Positions 59,234-64,000 of a stretch of 64,000 nt of DNA are shown here, piece by piece. Position 1 is the stretch's first letter. Each line of letters starts with the position of its first letter. Origin of the DNA: Longimicrobiales bacterium (lineage in GTDB: Bacteria > Gemmatimonadota > Gemmatimonadetes > Longimicrobiales > Gaopeijiaceae); assembly GCA_965238005.1 (NCBI GenBank), contig OZ250165.1, positions 3,264,001-3,328,000 of the forward strand, written 5' to 3'. The translations under genes were made by a program, and so were the position numbers. Under the pieces are notes generated by a model. The model saw nothing but the letters and a program-made list of their open reading frames with translations. It was not told the origin of the DNA and did no database searches.

Positions 59234-59809
59234 TTAGTTCGCGTGCTGCCCGATTATGACAGGAACCGCCCCTTGGAAGGGGAAGCCCATCTCGCGAAGC
59301 AGCGCAAGCGCCTCGTCGTCCTTATCCGTTGTCGTGACGACGGTAATGTTCATTCCGTGAATCTGACTGACCTGGTCGTAGTCGATCTCCGGAAAAATGA
59401 TCTGCTCCCGGACACCCATGGTGAAGTTCCCCCGGCCGTCGAAGGCCCGCGTCCGCAGCCCGCGGAAGTCCCTCACTCGCGGTATGACGATGCTCACAAG
59501 CCGATCCAGGAATTCGTACATCCGGCTCCGCCGAAGCGTGACCGACGCTCCGATGGGCATGCCCTCGCGGAGCTGGAAGTTCGAGATCGACTTCCGGGCC
59601 CGGGTGATGACGGCCTTCTGGCCGGTGATCACGCCCAGCTCGTCTGCCACAGAGGTCAGGAGCTTGGCGTTCTTCGACGCCTCGCCCGCCCCCACGTTCA
59701 GCACCACCTTCACGATCTTGGGGATCCGGTGGGGGTTCTCCCACTGGAACTGCTCCGCCAGCCGTGGGCGGGCGTGCTCCTTGTAATGCTTCAGCAGTCT
59801 CGGTTCCAT
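59234..59809 (-). CDS. rplE: 50S ribosomal protein L5
   Basis: PRVRDFRG, FDGRGN, FPEI. Confidence 0.98.
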   Translation of the reverse strand: MEPRLLKHYKEHARPRLAEQFQWENPHRIPKIVKVVLNVGAGEASKNAKLLTSVADELGVITGQKAVITRARKSISNFQLREGMPIGASVTLRRSRMYEFLDRLVSIVIPRVRDFRGLRTRAFDGRGNFTMGVREQIIFPEIDYDQVSQIHGMNITVVTTTDKDDEALALLREMGFPFQGAVPVIIGQHAN

Positions 59810-59873
59810 CTCTCTCTCAGTCCTCAAGTCGCGCCGCAGTGTACGTCGATCCGATGCGAGTCGACGGCTCCCG

Positions 59874-60212
59874 CTACGGCTTGGGGATCGGATTGCCGGT
59901 CTTCACGGCGATCCTCTCTTTGGTTCCATCGGCCTCGATCCGCATGCGGACCCGGCTCGCCTTATCCGAGGCCGGATCCACCAACATCACGTTGGAAATG
60001 TGGATCGGTGCCTCGAAGGTCATGATCCCACCTTCTGGATTCGCCTCCGACGGACGCTCGTGGCGCTTGCGCATGTTCACACCCTCCACCACGACACGCC
60101 TCGCGTCCCGGAGCACGCTGAGGACGGTGCCCTCCATGTCCCGGAAGTTGCCTCGGATCACCTTGACCCGGTCACCCTTCACGATCGTGAATCTCGACGC
60201 CTTGGTGGCCAT
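59874..60212 (-). CDS. rplX: 50S ribosomal protein L24
   Basis: KGDRV.VI.G, EAPIHISNV. Confidence 0.97.
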   Translation of the reverse strand: MATKASRFTIVKGDRVKVIRGNFRDMEGTVLSVLRDARRVVVEGVNMRKRHERPSEANPEGGIMTFEAPIHISNVMLVDPASDKASRVRMRIEADGTKERIAVKTGNPIPKP

Positions 60213-60580
60213 TACAGCACCTCCGGGGCCAGCGAAACGATTTTCATGTAGCGCTTCTCGCGCAGCTCACGTCCGACGGGACCGAAGATGCGGGTGCCTC
60301 GGGGCTCGCCCTGGGGGGTGATGAGCACCGCCGCATTGTCGTCGAAGCGGATGTAGGTGCCGTCCTTGCGCCGCACTTCCTTGGCCGTGCGTACGACGAC
60401 GGCCCGCACCACCTCCCCCTTCTTCACGGGAGAGTTGGGGATCGCGTCCTTGATGGTCGCGACGATGACGTCACCGACGCTGGCGTAGCGCCGCCGTGAT
60501 CCACCCAGGACCCGAATACACAGGGCGCTCTTGGCCCCCGAGTTGTCGGCAATCTTGAGGATCGATTCCTGCTGAATCAT
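60212..60580 (-). CDS. rplN: 50S ribosomal protein L14
   Basis: [20 protein letters not shown]. Confidence 0.98.
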   Translation of the reverse strand: MIQQESILKIADNSGAKSALCIRVLGGSRRRYASVGDVIVATIKDAIPNSPVKKGEVVRAVVVRTAKEVRRKDGTYIRFDDNAAVLITPQGEPRGTRIFGPVGRELREKRYMKIVSLAPEVL

Positions 60581-60633
60581 CTCTGTGTCCTAAATCGTGT
60601 CGGCTTGTCGGTCGAATGACCGATTCTCAATGG

Positions 60634-60957
60634 TCATTCTTGTTCGGAGCGCTCGAGCAGCTCGATAACACGCCACCGCTTGGTCTTCGAAAAGGGTCTG
60701 GTCTCGGCGATCCTGACCACGTCTCCTTCCTTGTACTGATTCTCTTCGTCGTGGGCGTGGTATTTCTTGGTCTTCTTGACCTGCTTCCCGTAGAGGGGAT
60801 GGGCGAACTGCCGCTCCACACGGACGGTCACGGTCTTGTCACCCTTGTGGCTGGTCACCACTCCGGTCCGGACCTTCCTCCGGTCCCGGGCGTCGCCGTC
60901 CTGGGGTGCCACGGCCTGCTCGACCTGCTCGACCTGCTCCGATGTGTTCTCTGTCAT
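60634..60957 (-). CDS. rpsQ: 30S ribosomal protein S17 (N-terminal extension)
   Basis: DKT..V.VE, HP.YGK, ETRP.SKTK.W. Confidence 0.97.
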   Translation of the reverse strand: MTENTSEQVEQVEQAVAPQDGDARDRRKVRTGVVTSHKGDKTVTVRVERQFAHPLYGKQVKKTKKYHAHDEENQYKEGDVVRIAETRPFSKTKRWRVIELLERSEQE

Positions 60958-60960
60958 GGG

Positions 60961-61197
60961 TTACTCGGTCGACTCGTCGGATTGCCCGGTTGGCTCCTCG
61001 GATTCCCCGGCCATCTCACGCTCCCGGAGAATCGTATGCAGGCGCGCAATGTCGCGCCGGATGTGTTGCAGCATCTTGGGATTCTCGAGCTGCATCGTCC
61101 CGGTCCGGAAGCGGAGGCGAAACTGCTCCTCCTTCAGCTCCCCGAGCCGGGCGAGAACCTCGACGTTGTCCCACTCGCGAATCTCTTCAGCCTTCAT
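60961..61197 (-). CDS. rpmC: 50S ribosomal protein L29
   Basis: F.LRF, RRDIAR..T. Confidence 0.96.
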   Translation of the reverse strand: MKAEEIREWDNVEVLARLGELKEEQFRLRFRTGTMQLENPKMLQHIRRDIARLHTILREREMAGESEEPTGQSDESTE

Positions 61198-61226
61198 CGT
61201 CTCTTCTCGTTATCGGTTGCAGGCCA

Positions 61227-61643
61227 CTAGAGCTGGTGCTCTCGAACGACGAAGCGCGTCGCGACAGAGAGCTTCGCGGCGGCCAGCTTCATGGCCTGCT
61301 TGGCGACCTCCTCCGTAACACCCTCCAGCTCGAACATCATGCGGCCCGGCTTCACGACGGCCACCCAACCCTCAGGGTTACCCTTACCCTTCCCCATACG
61401 GGTCTCGGCAGGCTTGGCCGTGATGGGCTTGTCCGGGAAAATCCGGATCCAGACCTTCCCACCACGCTTGACGTGGCGCGTCATGGCGACACGAGCGGCC
61501 TCGATCTGGCGGTTGGAGATCCAGCCGCACTCCGTCGTCTGAAGGCCGAACTCGCCGAACGAGACCTTGTTGCCGCGATACGACTTGCCGCGCATGCGGC
61601 CCTTATGCGTCTTGCGGTGTTTTACGCGCTTAGGTGCGAGCAT
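61227..61643 (-). CDS. rplP: 50S ribosomal protein L16
   Basis: RMGKGKG, QIEAAR. Confidence 0.98.
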   Translation of the reverse strand: MLAPKRVKHRKTHKGRMRGKSYRGNKVSFGEFGLQTTECGWISNRQIEAARVAMTRHVKRGGKVWIRIFPDKPITAKPAETRMGKGKGNPEGWVAVVKPGRMMFELEGVTEEVAKQAMKLAAAKLSVATRFVVREHQL

Positions 61644-61659
61644 CGTCTATTCCTCTCGG

Positions 61660-62319
61660 TCAGGCGCCGGTGGAGTACGTGCGGCCACGGCGCTCTTCGA
61701 TCACCTCGCCCCGGAAGATCCAGCACTTCACACCGACCATTCCGTAGGTCGTTCTGGCCGGAACCTGGGCGTAGTCGATGTCGGCCCGGAGCGTGTGGAG
61801 CGGCACGCGTCCCTCGTTGTACCCCTCCGTGCGCGCGATCTCGGCGCCGCCCAGCCGACCTGCACACTGAATCTTGATCCCTTCGGCGCCGCCCCTCCTG
61901 GCGGACTGAACGGCACGCTTCATAGCGCGACGGAACGAGATCCTCTGCCGGAGCTGGTGGGCTACATTCTCGGCCACGAGCCGGGCGTCGACCTCCGGTC
62001 GACGGATCTCCTCGACGTTCACGGAGATCTCTGCGTTGGCCAGAACCGCGAGCTCGTCCCGCAGCTTGTCGACCTCAGCTCCACGCTTTCCGATCACCAC
62101 GCCGGGGCGCGCCGTGAAGATCGTGACGACGATCTTCGAAGGCTTCCGCTCGATCTCCACCTTGGAGAGGGCGGCGTGCGCGAGGCGTCGATGGAGGTAC
62201 GACCGGATGGTCTCGTCCTCCTTGAGGAGGCGAGGGAAGTCACGGTCGGCGTACCAACGGGACTTCCAATCCTTGACGATCCCGAGACGGAACCCCAAAG
62301 GGTGAGTCTTCTGTCCCAT
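61660..62319 (-). CDS. rpsC: 30S ribosomal protein S3
   Basis: [23 protein letters not shown]. Confidence 0.98.
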   Translation of the reverse strand: MGQKTHPLGFRLGIVKDWKSRWYADRDFPRLLKEDETIRSYLHRRLAHAALSKVEIERKPSKIVVTIFTARPGVVIGKRGAEVDKLRDELAVLANAEISVNVEEIRRPEVDARLVAENVAHQLRQRISFRRAMKRAVQSARRGGAEGIKIQCAGRLGGAEIARTEGYNEGRVPLHTLRADIDYAQVPARTTYGMVGVKCWIFRGEVIEERRGRTYSTGA

Positions 62320-62321
62320 TC

Positions 62322-62678
62322 TTATTCCTTCGTATCCACGACTACGGTGATGTGGCTGGTCCGCTTATTGATGCGGCCGGCGCGACCCATGGCCCGGGCC
62401 CTCCAACGCTTGAGGGTCGGGCCTTCGTCGACGTACGCCGTCGCGACCTTCAGCTCGTCCACGTCCAGAACATCGCCCAGGTCCTGAGCCTTGTTCTGAG
62501 CGTTCGCCACGGCGGAGCGCAGGGTCTTCCCCACGGGGTCCGCGGCGGCCTTCTTCGAGAACTGAAGGATTGCATACGCGTCGTTGACCGACTTCCCGCG
62601 GATCTGGTCCACAACCAGACGGACCTTTCGTGGGCTCATACGCACGTGACGAGCAATCGCCTTGGCTTGCATCTCCAT
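62322..62678 (-). CDS. rplV: 50S ribosomal protein L22
   Basis: [13 protein letters not shown]. Confidence 0.98.
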   Translation of the reverse strand: MEMQAKAIARHVRMSPRKVRLVVDQIRGKSVNDAYAILQFSKKAAADPVGKTLRSAVANAQNKAQDLGDVLDVDELKVATAYVDEGPTLKRWRARAMGRAGRINKRTSHITVVVDTKE

Positions 62679-62685
62679 CGCTCGC

Positions 62686-62973
62686 TTACCTCACCTTGGA
62701 CCGCTTGTCGGCGAGCTTGCCGCCGTGACCCCTGAAGAGCCGCGTGGGAGAGAACTCGCCGAGCTTGTGGCCCACCATGTTTTCCGTGATGTACACGGGG
62801 ATGAACTTGTTGCCGTTGTGCACGGCGACCGTGTGTCCCACGAAGTCCGGAGAGATCGTGGACGCCCGTGCCCAGGTCTTGATGACCCTCTTCTCACCAC
62901 GGGAGTTCATGATCTCGATCTTCTGGAGAAGCTTGTCGTCGATGTACGGACCCTTCTTGACGCTGCGCGGCAT
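62686..62973 (-). CDS. rpsS: 30S ribosomal protein S19
   Basis: [12 protein letters not shown]. Confidence 0.98.
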   Translation of the reverse strand: MPRSVKKGPYIDDKLLQKIEIMNSRGEKRVIKTWARASTISPDFVGHTVAVHNGNKFIPVYITENMVGHKLGEFSPTRLFRGHGGKLADKRSKVR

Positions 62974-63011
62974 ATGACCGACCTCTGCTCAACCGTTGCG
63001 GACTAGGGGCA

Positions 63012-63854
63012 TCACTGCGTGGCCTTGCCCCGCTTACGCCCGCGGATGATGTATTTGTTCGACTGCTTCTTCTTCTTTCGGGTCTTGGTCCCTTCGCGCT
63101 TGCCCCAGGGCGTCACCGGAGGACGGCCACCCGAGGCCCTTCCCTCTCCGCCGCCCAGCGGGTGGTCGACGGGATTCATCGCTACACCGCGGACCTTGGG
63201 CCGCCGACCACGCCAGCGATTGGCGCCGGCCTTTCCGATGGTCTGGAGGTTGTGCTCGATGTTCCCCACCTGGCCGATGGTGGCCATGCAGGTCTTGAGC
63301 ACCTGCCGGACCTCCGTGGAGGGCAGCCGCAGAGCGACGTACCTCCCTTCCTTGGCGACGATCTGCACGCCGGCTCCTGCCGAGCGGGCCATCTGGCCTC
63401 CCTTGCCCGGCTTGAGCTCGATGTTGTGAACCACGGTGCCCAGCGGGATCTTTCCCAGAGGTAGCGCGTTACCGACCCGGATATCCGCCTCGGGTCCCGA
63501 CATGATCGTGGTGCCCACCAGCAGGCCCCGCGGGTGCAGGATGTAGCGCTTGTCACCGTCCACGTAGTGGACCAACGCGATGTTCGAGCTCCGGTTCGGA
63601 TCGTACTCGATAGCAGCGACCTTCCCGGCGATCCCGATCTTGTTGCGTCGGAAGTCGATCCGGCGATAGCGGCGCTTGTGCCCACCGCCCCGCCGCCGCG
63701 AGGTGATCCTCCCGTGGTGGTTCCGCCCACCCGACTTCTTCAGCGGCTCCAGAAGCGACTTCTCCGGCGCCTTCTTCGTCAGAATGTCGGAATTGTCGAT
63801 AATGGAGCGAAAACGGGTCCCCGGGGTCACCGGCTTGAATTTCTTGATAGCCAT
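63012..63854 (-). CDS. rplB: 50S ribosomal protein L2
   Basis: [24 protein letters not shown]. Confidence 0.98.
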   Translation of the reverse strand: MAIKKFKPVTPGTRFRSIIDNSDILTKKAPEKSLLEPLKKSGGRNHHGRITSRRRGGGHKRRYRRIDFRRNKIGIAGKVAAIEYDPNRSSNIALVHYVDGDKRYILHPRGLLVGTTIMSGPEADIRVGNALPLGKIPLGTVVHNIELKPGKGGQMARSAGAGVQIVAKEGRYVALRLPSTEVRQVLKTCMATIGQVGNIEHNLQTIGKAGANRWRGRRPKVRGVAMNPVDHPLGGGEGRASGGRPPVTPWGKREGTKTRKKKKQSNKYIIRGRKRGKATQ

Positions 63855-63859
63855 CGGCG

Positions 63860-64000
63860 TTATCCGACCTCGTAAAACTCGATGTGGTCGTCTTCGGCAA
63901 GCTGAACCACCGCCTTCTTGAAAGCGGGGCGCCGCCCGTATTTCGGATTCCGGGACATGCGGCCCAACAGGGCACGCTTGATCTTGCCGGGGTAGCGCAT
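63860..64000 (-). CDS. rplW: 50S ribosomal protein L23 (3' part)
   Basis: ...GKIKR...[25 protein letters not shown], directly upstream of rplB. Confidence 0.9.
   Translation of the reverse strand: MRYPGKIKRALLGRMSRNPKYGRRPAFKKAVVQLAEDDHIEFYEVG

Noticed and set aside
1..64000. tRNA, rRNA, CRISPR array, integrase or intact transposase
   Set aside because: None was recognised by eye; a covariance-model scan was not possible.

Overview
GC-rich bacterial DNA; the ribosomal protein sequences suggest Gemmatimonadota (inference only). It has three blocks. (1) 1-18.9 kb is a lipid/envelope island. A minus-strand operon encodes a YghO/bacterial ceramide-synthase-like GNAT, then a single-module reducing type I PKS (KS-AT-DH-ER-KR-ACP, no TE), then a PLP alpha-oxoamine synthase (SPT/BioF family; absent from the ORF track, cut by the window edge). 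The PKS and the synthase appear to carry complementary docking helices. Divergent from this operon lie a GT-C mannosyltransferase-like gene, Wzi, a methyltransferase, a TMEM45-like gene, a SUR1/MIPC-synthase-like GT32 with an in-frame stop, an LPG-synthase-type flippase and a fatty-acid desaturase remnant. This is the best candidate for a new system: PKS-fed (glyco)sphingolipid synthesis. (2) 19-49.5 kb is a mosaic surface-polysaccharide locus: rmlABD without rmlC, DegT, a nucleotide-sugar dehydrogenase, a WecA fusion, glycosyltransferases, Wzx, five methyltransferases, AsnB, a Wzy/ligase and carbamoyltransferase-SxtJ-SxtK-like genes. It contains a toxin-antitoxin graveyard, a CTAG-targeting MITE family and several frameshifts. 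(3) 49.6-64 kb holds rpmB and the S10-spc-alpha ribosomal cluster. No rRNA, tRNA or CRISPR array was seen. All family calls come from motif recognition by eye; no database searches were run.
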